Of a stretch of DNA of 64,000 nt, positions 1 to 12,300 are shown one piece after another. The first letter of the stretch is position 1; each line of letters opens with the position of its first letter. The notes beneath the pieces are model-generated. The model saw only the letters and a program-made list of their open reading frames with translations, was not told the origin of the DNA and ran no database searches. Source of the DNA: Eledone cirrhosa (Eukaryota); assembly GCA_964016885.1 (NCBI GenBank), contig OZ024755.1, positions 44,578,001 to 44,642,000 of the forward strand, read 5' to 3'. The translations under genes were made by a program, and so were the position numbers.

Positions 1-354
1 CATATACTGTGTACCACAGTTGACAGTACCAACATATACTGTGTACCACAGTTGACAGTACCAACATATATTGTGTACCACAGTTGAAAGTACTAACATA
101 TACTGTGTACTACAGTTGACAGAACCAACATATACTGTGTACCACAGTTGACAGTACCAACATGTACTGTGTACCACAGTTGACAGTGCCAACATATACT
201 GTGTACCACAGTTGACAGTACCAACATATACTGTGTACCACAGTTGACAGTACCAACATATACTGTGTACCACAGTTGACATTACCAACGTATATTGTGT
301 TCCACAGTTGACAGTACCAACATGTACTGTGTACCACAGTTGACAGTACCAACG

Positions 355-3030
355 TATACTGTGTACCACAGTTGACAGTACCAACGTATACTGTGTACCA
401 CAGTTGACAGTACCAACATATAACGTGTACCACAGTTGGCAGTACCATCATATACTGTGTACCACAGTTGACAGTACCAACATATATTGTGTACCACAGT
501 TGACAGTACCAACATATACTGTGTACCATAGTTGACATTACCAACGTATATTGTGTACCACAGTTGACAGTACCAACATATCCTGTGTACCTCAGTTGAC
601 AGTACCAACATATACTGTATACCACAGTTGACAGTACCAACATATACTGTGTACCACTGTTGACAGTACCAATATATACCGTGTACCACAGTTGACAGTA
701 CCAACATATACTGTGTACCACAGCTGACACTACCAACATATACTTGTACCTCAGTTGACAGTACTACCATATATTGTGTACCACCGTTGACAATACCAAC
801 GTATACTGTGTACCACAGTTGACAGTACCAACGTATACTGTGCACCACATTTGACAGTACCAACATATACTGTGTACCACAGTTGACAATACCAACATAT
901 ACTGTGTACCACAGTTGACAATACCAACACATATAGTGTACCACAGTTGACAGTACCAACGTATATTGTGTACCACAGTTGCCAATGCCAACATATACTG
1001 TGTACCACAGTTGAGAGTACCAACATGTACCGTGTACCACAGTTGACAGTACCAACGTATACTGTGTACCACAGTTGACAATACCAACATATACTGTGTA
1101 CCACAGTTGACAGTACCAACATATACTGTGTACCACAGTTGACAACACCAACATATACTGTGTACCACAGTTGACAGTACCAACATATACTGTATACCAC
1201 AGTTGACAGTACCAACATATACTGTGTACCACAGTTGACAGTACCAACATATACTGTGTACCACAGTTGACAGTACCAACATATACTGTATACCACAGTT
1301 GACAGTACCAACATATACTGTGTACCACTGTTGACAGTACCAACATATACCGTGTACCACAGTTGACAATACCAACATATACTTGTACTTCAGTTGACAG
1401 TACTACCATATATTGTGTACCACCGTTGACAATACCAACGTATACTGTGTACCACAGTTGACAGTACCAACGTATACTGTGCACCACAGTTGACAGTACC
1501 AACATATACTGTGTACCACAGTTGACAATACCAACATATACTGTGTACCACAGTTGACAATACCAACACATATAGTGTACCACAGTTGACAGTACCAACG
1601 TATACTGTGTACCACAGTTGCCAATGCCAACATATACTGTGTACCACAGTTGAGAGTACCAACATATACTGTGTACCACAGTTGACAGTACCAACGTATA
1701 CTGTGTACCACAGTTGACAGTACCAACATATAACGTGTACCACAGTTGGCAGTACCATCATATACTGTGTACCACAGTTGACAGTACCAACATATATTGT
1801 GTACCACAGTTGACAGTACCAACATATACTGTGTACCATAGTTGACATTACCAACGTATATTGTGTACCACAGTTGACAGTACCAACATATCCTGTGTAC
1901 CTCAGTTGACAGTACCAACATATACTGTATACCACAGTTGACAGTACCAACATATACTGTGTACCACTGTTGACAGTACCAATATATACCGTGTACCACA
2001 GTTGACAGTACCAACATATACTGTGTACCACAGCTGACACTACCAACATATACTTGTACCTCAGTTGACAGTACTACCATATATTGTGTACCACCGTTGA
2101 CAATACCAACGTATACTGTGTACCACAGTTGACAGTACCAACGTATACTGTGCACCACATTTGACAGTACCAACATATACTGTGTACCACAGTTGACAAT
2201 ACCAACATATACTGTGTACCACAGTTGACAATACCAACACATATAGTGTACCACAGTTGACAGTACCAACGTATATTGTGTACCACAGTTGCCAATGCCA
2301 ACATATACTGTGTACCACAGTTGAGAGTACCAACATGTACCGTGTACCACAGTTGACAGTACCAACGTATACTGTGTACCACAGTTGACAATACCAACAT
2401 ATACTGTGTACCACAGTTGACAGTACCAACATATACTGTGTACCACAGTTGAAAGTACCAACGTATACTGTGTACCACAGTTGACAACACCAACATATAC
2501 TGTGTACCACAGTTGACAGTACCAACATATACTGTATACCACAGTTGACAGTACCAACATATACTGTGTACCACAGTTGACAGTACCAACATATACTGTG
2601 TACCACAGTTGACAGTACCAACATATACTGTATACCACAGTTGACAGTACCAACATATACTGTGTACCACTGTTGACAGTACCAACATATACCGTGTACC
2701 ACAGTTGACAATACCAACATATACTTGTACTTCAGTTGACAGTACTACCATATATTGTGTACCACCGTTGACAATACCAACGTATACTGTGTACCACAGT
2801 TGACAGTACCAACGTATACTGTGCACCACAGTTGACAGTACCAACATATACTGTGTACCACAGTTGAGAATACCAACATATACTGTGTACCACAGTTGAC
2901 AATACCAACACATATAGTGTACCACAGTTGACAGTACCAACGTATACTGTGTACCACAGTTGCCAATGCCAACATATACTGTGTACCACAGTTGAGAGTA
3001 CCAACATATACTGTGTACCACAGTTGACAG
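355..3030. repeat. Local tandem duplication with ~1,310-bp period (41 monomers, two 31-bp landmarks)
   Basis: 371 onward matches 1681 onward. Landmark-derived ORF ends are 751/2061 (offset 1,310) and 1390/2732 (offset 1,342, one extra GAAAG monomer). Confidence 0.8.
721..800. other. First instance of the recurrent higher-order-repeat landmark cassette (CAGCTGACAC...ATACTTGTACYTCAG...GTACTACCATATATTGTGTACCACCG), containing a 31-bp monomer
   Basis: The 1-bp deletion (TACTGTGTAC to TACTTGTAC) with linked substitutions recurs near 743, 1382, 2053, 2724, 3619, 4802, 5473, 7328, 7999, 8958 and onward. Spacings are of the form 32n-1. Confidence 0.9.
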
Positions 3031-6000
3031 TACCAACATATACTGTGTACCACAGTTGACAGTACCAACATATACTGTGTACCACAGTTGACAGTACCAA
3101 TGTATACTGTGTACCACAGTTGACAGTACCAACATATACTGTGTACCACAGTTGACAGTACCAACATATACTGTGTACCCTAGTTGACATTACCAACGTA
3201 TATCGTGTACCACAGTTGACAGTACCAACATGTACTGTGTACCACAGTTGACAGTACCAACGTATATTGTGTACCACAGTTGACAGTACCAACGTATACT
3301 GTGTACCACAGTTGACAATACCAACATATAACGTGTACCACAGTTGGCAGTACCATCATATAATGTGTACCACAGTTGACAGTACCAACATATATTGTGT
3401 ACCACAGTTGACAGTACCAACATACACCGTGTACAATAGTTGACAGTACCAACATATACTGTGTACCACAGTTGCGAGTACCAACATAAACTGTGTACCA
3501 CAGTTGACAGTACCAACATATACTGTGTACCACTGTTGACAGTACCAACATATACCGTGTACCACAGTTGACAGTACCAACATATACTGTGTACCACAGC
3601 TGACACTACCAACATATACTTGTACTTCAGTTGACAGTACTACCATATATTGTGTACCACCGTTGACAATACCAACGTATACTGCGTACCACAGTTGACA
3701 GTACCAACGTATACTGTGCACCACAGTTGACAGTACCAACATATACTGTGTACCACAGTTGACAATACCAACATATACTGTGTACCACAGTTGACAATAC
3801 TAACATATACTGTGTACCACAGTTGACAATACCAACACATATAGTGTACCACAGTTGACAGTACCAACGTATACTGTGTACCACAGTTGCCAATGCCAAC
3901 ATATACTGTGTACCACAGTTAAGAGTACCAACATATACTGTGTACCACAGTTGACAGTACCAACATATACTGTGTACCACAGTTGACAGTACCAACATAT
4001 ACTGTGTACCACAGTTGACAGTACCAATGTATACTGTGTACCACAGTTGACAGTACCAACATATACTGTGTACCACAGTTGACAGTACCAACATATATTG
4101 TGTACCATAGTTGACAGTACCAACATATACTGTGTACCATAGTTGTCATTACCAACGTATATTGTGTACCACCGTTGACAGTACCAACATACACCGTGTA
4201 CAACAGTTGACAGTACCAACATATACTGTGTACCACAGTTGCGAGTACCAACATAAACTGTGTACCACAGTTGACAGTACCAACATATACTGTGTACCAC
4301 AGTTGACAGTACCAACATATACTGTATACCACAGTTGACAGTACCAACATATACTGTGTACCACAGTTGACAGTACCAACATATACTGTGTACCACAGTT
4401 GACAGTACCAACATATACTGTGTACCACAGTTGACAGTACTAACGTATACTGTGTACTACAGTTGACAGTACCAACATATACTGTGTACCACAGTTGACA
4501 ATACCAACATGTACTGTGTACCACAGTTGACAGTACCAACATATACTGTGTACCACAGTTGACAGTACCAACATATACTGTGTACCATAGTTGACATTAC
4601 CAACGTATATTGTGTACCACAGTTGACAGTACCAACATATCCTGTGTACCTCAGTTGACAGTACCAACATATACTGTATACCACAGTTGACAGTACCAAC
4701 ATATACTGTGTACCACTGTTGACAGTACCAATATATACCGTGTACCACAGTTGACAGTACCAACATATACTGTGTACCACAGCTGACACTACCAACATAT
4801 ACTTGTACCTCAGTTGACAGTACTACCATATATTGTGTACCACCGTTGACAATACCAACGTATACTGTGTACCACAGTTGAAAGTACCAACGTATACTGT
4901 GCACCACATTTGACAGTACCAACATATACTGTGTACCACAGTTGACAATACCAACATATACTGTGTACCACAGTTGACAATACCAACACATATAGTGTAC
5001 CACATTTGACAGTACCAACGTATATTGTGTACCACAGTTGCCAATGCCAACATATACTGTGTACCACAGTTGAGAGTACCAACATGTACCGTGTACCACA
5101 GTTGACAGTACCAACGTATACTGTGTACCACAGTTGACAATACCAACATATACTGTGTACCACAGTTGACAGTACCAACATATACTGTGTACCACAGTTG
5201 AAAGTACCAACGTATACTGTGTACCACAGTTGACAACACCAACATATACTGTGTACCACAGTTGACAGTACCAACATATACTGTATACCACAGTTGACAG
5301 TACCAACATATACTGTGTACCACAGTTGACAGTACCAACATATACTGTGTACCACAGTTGACAGTACCAACATATACTGTATACCACAGTTGACAGTACC
5401 AACATATACTGTGTACCACTGTTGACAGTACCAACATATACCGTGTACCACAGTTGACAATACCAACATATACTTGTACTTCAGTTGACAGTACTACCAT
5501 ATATTGTGTACCACCGTTGACAATACCAACGTATACTGTGTACCACAGTTGACAGTACCAACGTATACTGTGCACCACAGTTGACAGTACCAACATATAC
5601 TGTGTACCACAGTTGACAATACCAACATATACTGTGTACCACAGTTGACAATACCAACACATATAGTGTACCACAGTTGACAGTACCAACGTATACTGTG
5701 TACCACAGTTGCCAATGCCAACATATACTGTGTACCACAGTTGAGAGTACCAACATATACTGTGTACCACAGTTGACAGTACCAACATATACTGTGTACC
5801 ACAGTTGACAGTACCAACATATACTGTGTACCACAGTTGACAGTACCAATGTATACTGTGTACCACAGTTGACAGTACCAACATATACTGTGTACCACAG
5901 TTGACAGTACCAACATATACTGTGTACCCTAGTTGACATTACCAACGTATATCGTGTACCACAGTTGACAGTACCAACATGTACTGTGTACCACAGTTGA

Positions 6001-6347
6001 CAGTACCAACGTATACTGTGTACCACAGTTGACAGTACCAACGTATACTGTGTACCACAGTTGACAATACCAACATATAACGTGTACCACAGTTGGCAGT
6101 ACCATCATATACTGTGTACCACAGTTGACATTACCAACATATATTGTGTACCACAGTTGACAGTACCAACATATACTGTGTACCATAGTTGACATTACCA
6201 ACGTATATTGTGTACCACAGTTGACAGTACCAACATACACCGTGTACAACAGTTGACAGTACCAACATATACTGTGTACCACAGTTGCGAGTACCAACAT
6301 AAACTGTGTACCACAGTTGACAGTACCAACATATACTGTGTACCACT

Positions 6348-9300
6348 GTTGACAGTACCAACATATACCGTGTACCACAGTTGACAGTACCAACATATAC
6401 TGTGTACCACAGTTGACAGTACCAACATATACTGTGTACCACAGTTGACAGTACCAATGTATACTGTGTACCACTGTTGACAGTACCAAAATATACTGTG
6501 TACCACAGTTGACAGTACTAACATATACTGTGTACTACAGTTGACAGTACCAACATATATTGTGTACCACAGTTGACAGTACTAACATATACTGTGTACT
6601 ACAGTTGACAGAACCAACATATACTGTGTACCACAGTTGACAGTACCAACATGTACTGTGTACCACAGTTGACAGTGCCAACATATACTGTGTACCAGAG
6701 TTGACAGTACCAACATATACTGTGTACCACAGTTGACAGTACCAACATATACTGTGTACCACAGTTGACAGTACCAATGTATAATATGTACCACAGTTGA
6801 CAGTACCAACATATACTGTGTACCACAGTTGACAGTACCAACATATACTGTGTACCATAGTTGACATTACCAACGTATATTGTGTTCCACAGTTGACAGT
6901 ACCAACATGTACTGTGTAACACAGTTGACAGTACCAACGTATACTGTGTACCACAGTTGACAGTACCAACGTATACTGTGTACCACAGTTGACAGTACCA
7001 ACATATAACGTGTACCACAGTTGGCAGTACCATCATATACTGTGTACCACAGTTGACAGTACCAACATATATTGTGTACCACAGTTGACAGTACCAACAT
7101 ATACTGTGTACCATAGTTGACATTACCAACGTATATTGTGTACCACAGTTGACAGTACCAACATATCCTGTGTACCTCAGTTGACAGTACCAACATATAC
7201 TGTATACCACAGTTGACAGTACCAACATATACTGTGTACCACTGTTGACAGTACCAATATATACCGTGTACCACAGTTGACAGTACCAACATATACTGTG
7301 TACCACAGCTGACACTACCAACATATACTTTTACCTCAGTTGACAGTACTACCATATATTGTGTACCACCGTTGACAATACCAACGTATACTGTGTACCA
7401 CAGTTGACAGTACCAACGTATACTGTGCACCACATTTGACAGTACCAACATATACTGTGTACCACAGTTGACAATACCAACATATACTGTGTACCACAGT
7501 TGACAATACCAACACATATAGTGTACCACAGTTGACAGTACCAACGTATATTGTGTACCACAGTTGCCAATGCCAACATATACTGTGTACCACAGTTGAG
7601 AGTACCAACATGTACCGTGTACCACAGTTGACAGTACCAACGTATACTGTGTACCACAGTTGACAATACCAACATATACTGTGTACCACAGTTGACAGTA
7701 CCAACATATACTGTGTACCACAGTTGAAAGTACCAACGTATACTGTGTACCACAGTTGACAACACCAACATATACTGTGTACCACAGTTGACAGTACCAA
7801 CATATACTGTATACCACAGTTGACAGTACCAACATATACTGTGTACAACAGTTGACAGTACCAACATATACTGTGTACCACAGTTGACAGTACCAACATA
7901 TACTGTATACCACAGTTGACAGTACCAACATATACTGTGTACCACTGTTGACAGTACCAACATATACCGTGTACCACAGTTGACAATACCAACATATACT
8001 TGTACTTCAGTTGACAGTACTACCATATATTGTGTACCACCGTTGACAATACCAACGTATACTGTGTACCACAGTTGACAGTACCAACGTATACTGTGCA
8101 CCACAGTTGACAGTACCAACATATACTGTGTACCACAGTTGACAATACCAACATATACTGTGTACCACAGTTGACAATACCAACACATATAGTGTACCAC
8201 AGTTGACAGTACCAACGTATACTGTGTACCACAGTTGCCAATGCCAACATATACTGTGTACCACAGTTGAGAGTACCAACATATACTGTGTACCACAGTT
8301 GACAGTACCAACATATACTGTGTACCACAGTTGACAGTACCAACATATACTGTGTACCACAGTTGACAGTACCAATGTATACTGTGTACCACAGTTGACA
8401 GTACCAACATATACTGTGTACCACAGTTGACAGTACCAACATATACTGTGTACCCTAGTTGACATTACCAACGTATATCGTGTACCACAGTTGACAGTAC
8501 CAACATGTACTGTGTACCACAGTTGACAGTACCAACGTATATTGTGTACCACAGTTGACAGTACCAACGTATACTGTGTACCACAGTTGACAATACCAAC
8601 ATATAACGTGTACCACAGTTGGCAGTACCATCATATACTGTGTACCACAGTTGACAGTACCAACATATATTGTGTACCACAGTTGACAGTACCAACATAT
8701 ACTGTGTACCATAGTTGACATTACCAACGTATATTGTGTACCACAGTTGACAGTACCAACATACACCGTGTACAACAGTTGACAGTACCAACATATACTG
8801 TGTACCACAGTTGCGAGTACCAACATAAACTGTGTACCACAGTTGACAGTACCAACATATACTGTGTACCACTGTTGACAGTACCAACATATACCGTGTA
8901 CCACAGTTGACAGTACCAACATATACTGTGTACCACAGCTGACACTACCAACATATACTTGTACTTCAGTTGACAGTACTACCATATATTGTGTACCACC
9001 GTTGACAATACCAACGTATACTGCGTACCACAGTTGACAGTACCAACGTATACTGTGCACCACAGTTGACAGTACCAACATATACTGTGTACCACAGTTG
9101 ACAATACCAACATATACTGTGTACCACAGTTGACAATACCAACATATACTGTGTACCACAGTTGACAATACCAACACATATAGTGTACCACAGTTGACAG
9201 TACCAACGTATACTGTGTACCACAGTTGCCAATGCCAACATATACTGTGTACCACAGTTGAGAGTACCAACATATACTGTGTACCACAGTTGACAGTACC

Positions 9301-12300
9301 AACATATACTGTGTACCACAGTTGTCATTACCAACATATACTGTGTACCACAGTTGACAGTACCAATGTATACTGTGTACCACAGTTGACAGTACCAACA
9401 TATACTGTGTACCACAGTTGACAGTACCAACATATATTGTGTACCATAGTTGACAGTACCAACATATACTGTGTACCATAGTTGACATTACCAACGTATA
9501 TTGTGTACCACAGTTGACAGTACCAACATACACCGTGTACAACAGTTGACAGTACCAACATATACTGTGTACCACAGTTGCGAGTACCAACATAAACTGT
9601 GTACCACAGTTGACAGTACCAACATATACTGTGTACCACAGTTGACAGTACCAACATATACTGTATACCACAGTTGACAGTACCAACATATACTGTGTAC
9701 CACAGTTGACAGTACCAACATATACTGTGTACCACAGTTGACAGTACCAACATATACTGTGTACCACAGTTGACAGTACTAACGTATACTGTGTACTACA
9801 GTTGACAGTACCAACATATACTGTGTACCACAGTTGACAGTACCAACATGTACTGTGTACCACAGTTGACAGTACCAACATATACTGTGTACCACAGTTG
9901 GCAGTACCAACATATACAGTGTACCACAGTTGACAGTACCAACATATACTGTGTACCACATTTGACAGTACCAACATATACTGTGTACCACAGTTGACAG
10001 TACCAACATGTACCGTGAACCACAGTTGACAGTACCAACATATACTGTGTACCACAGTTGAGAGTACCAACGTATAGTATGTACCACAGTTGACAGTACC
10101 AACATATACTGTGTACCACAGCTGACAGTACCAACATATACTGTGTACCACAGTTCACAGTACCAAAGTATACTGTGTATTGTACCACATTTGACAGTAC
10201 CAACTTATACTGTGTACCACAGTTGACAGTACCAACATATACTGTGTACCACTGTTGACAGTACCAACATATACCGTGTACCACATTTGACAGTACCAAC
10301 ATATACTGTGTACCACTGTTGACAGTACCAACATATACTGTGTACCACAGTTGACAGTGCCAACATGTACCGTGTAACACAGTTGACAGTAGCAACGTAA
10401 ACTGTGTACCACAGTTGACAATACCAACATATACTGTGTACCACAGTTGACAGTACCAACATATATAGTGTACCTCAGTTAACAGTACCCACATATACTG
10501 TGTACCACAGTTGACAGTACCAACATATACTGTGTACCACAGTTGACAGTATAAACATATACTGTGTACCACAGTTGACAGTACCATCATATACTGTGTA
10601 CCACAGTTAACAGTACCAACATATACTGTGTACCACAGTTGACAGTACCAATGTATACTGTCTACCACAGTTGACAGTACCAACATATACTGTGTACCAC
10701 AGTTGACAGTACCAACATATACAGTGTACCACAGTTGACAGTACCAACATATACTGTGTACCACAGTTGACAGTACCAACATATACTGTGTACCACAGCT
10801 GACACTACCAACATATACTTGTACCTCAGTTGACAGTACTAACATATACTATGTACCACAGTTGACAGTACCAACATATACTGTGTACCACAGTTGACAG
10901 TACCAACATATACTGTGTACCACAGTTGACAGTACCAACATATACTCGGTGCCACTTTTCACAGTACCAACATATACTGTGTACCACAGTTGACAATACC
11001 AACGTATACTGTGTACCAGATTTGACAGTACCAACGTATATTGTGTACCACAGTTGACAATGCCATCATATAGTGTGTACCACATTTGACAGTACCAACA
11101 TATACTGTGTACCACATTTGACAGTACCAACGTATACTGTGTACCACAGTTGACAGTACCAACGTATACTGTGTACCACAGTTGACAGTACCAATATATA
11201 CTGTGTAACACAGTTGACAATACCAACATATAATGTGTACCACAGTTGATAGTACCAACGTATACTGTGAACCACTGTTGGCAATACCAACATATACTGT
11301 GTACTACAGTTGACAGAACCAACATATACAGTGTACCACAGTTGACAGTACCAACATATACTGTGTACCACAGTTGACAGTACCAACATATACTGTGTAC
11401 CACAGTTGACAGAACCAACATGTACCGTGAACCACAGTTGACAGTACCAACGTATACTGTGTACCACAGTTGAGAGTACCAACGTATAGTGTAACCACAG
11501 TTGACAGTACCAACATATACTGTGTACCACAGTTGACAGTACCAACATATACTGTGTACCACAGTTCACAGTACCAACGTATACTGTGTACCACATTTGA
11601 CAGTACCAACATATACTGTGTACCACAGTTGACAGTACCAACATATACTGTGTACCACTTTTGACAGTACCAACATATACCGTGTATCACATTTGACAGT
11701 ACCAACATATACTGTGTACCACTGTTGACAGTACCAACATATACTGTGTACCACAGTTGACAGTACCAACATATACCGTGTACCACAGTTGACAGTACCA
11801 ACATATACTGTGTACCACAGTTGACAGTACCAACATATACTGTGTACCACAGTTGACAGTACCAATGTATACTGTGTACCACTGTTGACAGTACCAAAAT
11901 ATACTGTGTACCACAGTTGACAGTACTAACATATACTGTGTACTACAGTTGACAGTACCAACATATATTGTGTACCACAGTTGACAGTACTAACATATAC
12001 TGTGTACTACAGTTGACAGAACCAACATATACTGTGTACCACAGTTGACAGTACCAACATGTACTGTGTACCACAGTTGACAGTGCCAACATATACTGTG
12101 TACCAGAGTTGACAGTACCAACATATACTGTGTACCACAGTTGACAGTACCAACATATACTGTGTACCACAGTTGACAGTACCAATGTATAATATGTACC
12201 ACAGTTGACAGTACCAACATATACTGTGTACCACAGTTGACAGTACCAACATATACTGTGTACCATAGTTGACATTACCAACGTATATTGTGTTCCACAG

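Noticed and set aside
20-40. Bacterial sigma70 promoter: perfect TTGACA followed by TATACT (TATAAT in some variants) in every monomer
   Set aside because: The spacing between the hexamers is 9 bp, or 41 bp to the next unit, not 16-18 bp. Nothing suggests a prokaryotic context.
925-941. Recurrent ACACATATAGTGT variant as a templated new hairpin (ACAC/GTGT)
   Set aside because: The stem is only 4 bp, and three substitutions explain the variant equally well. All copies appear to descend from one event.
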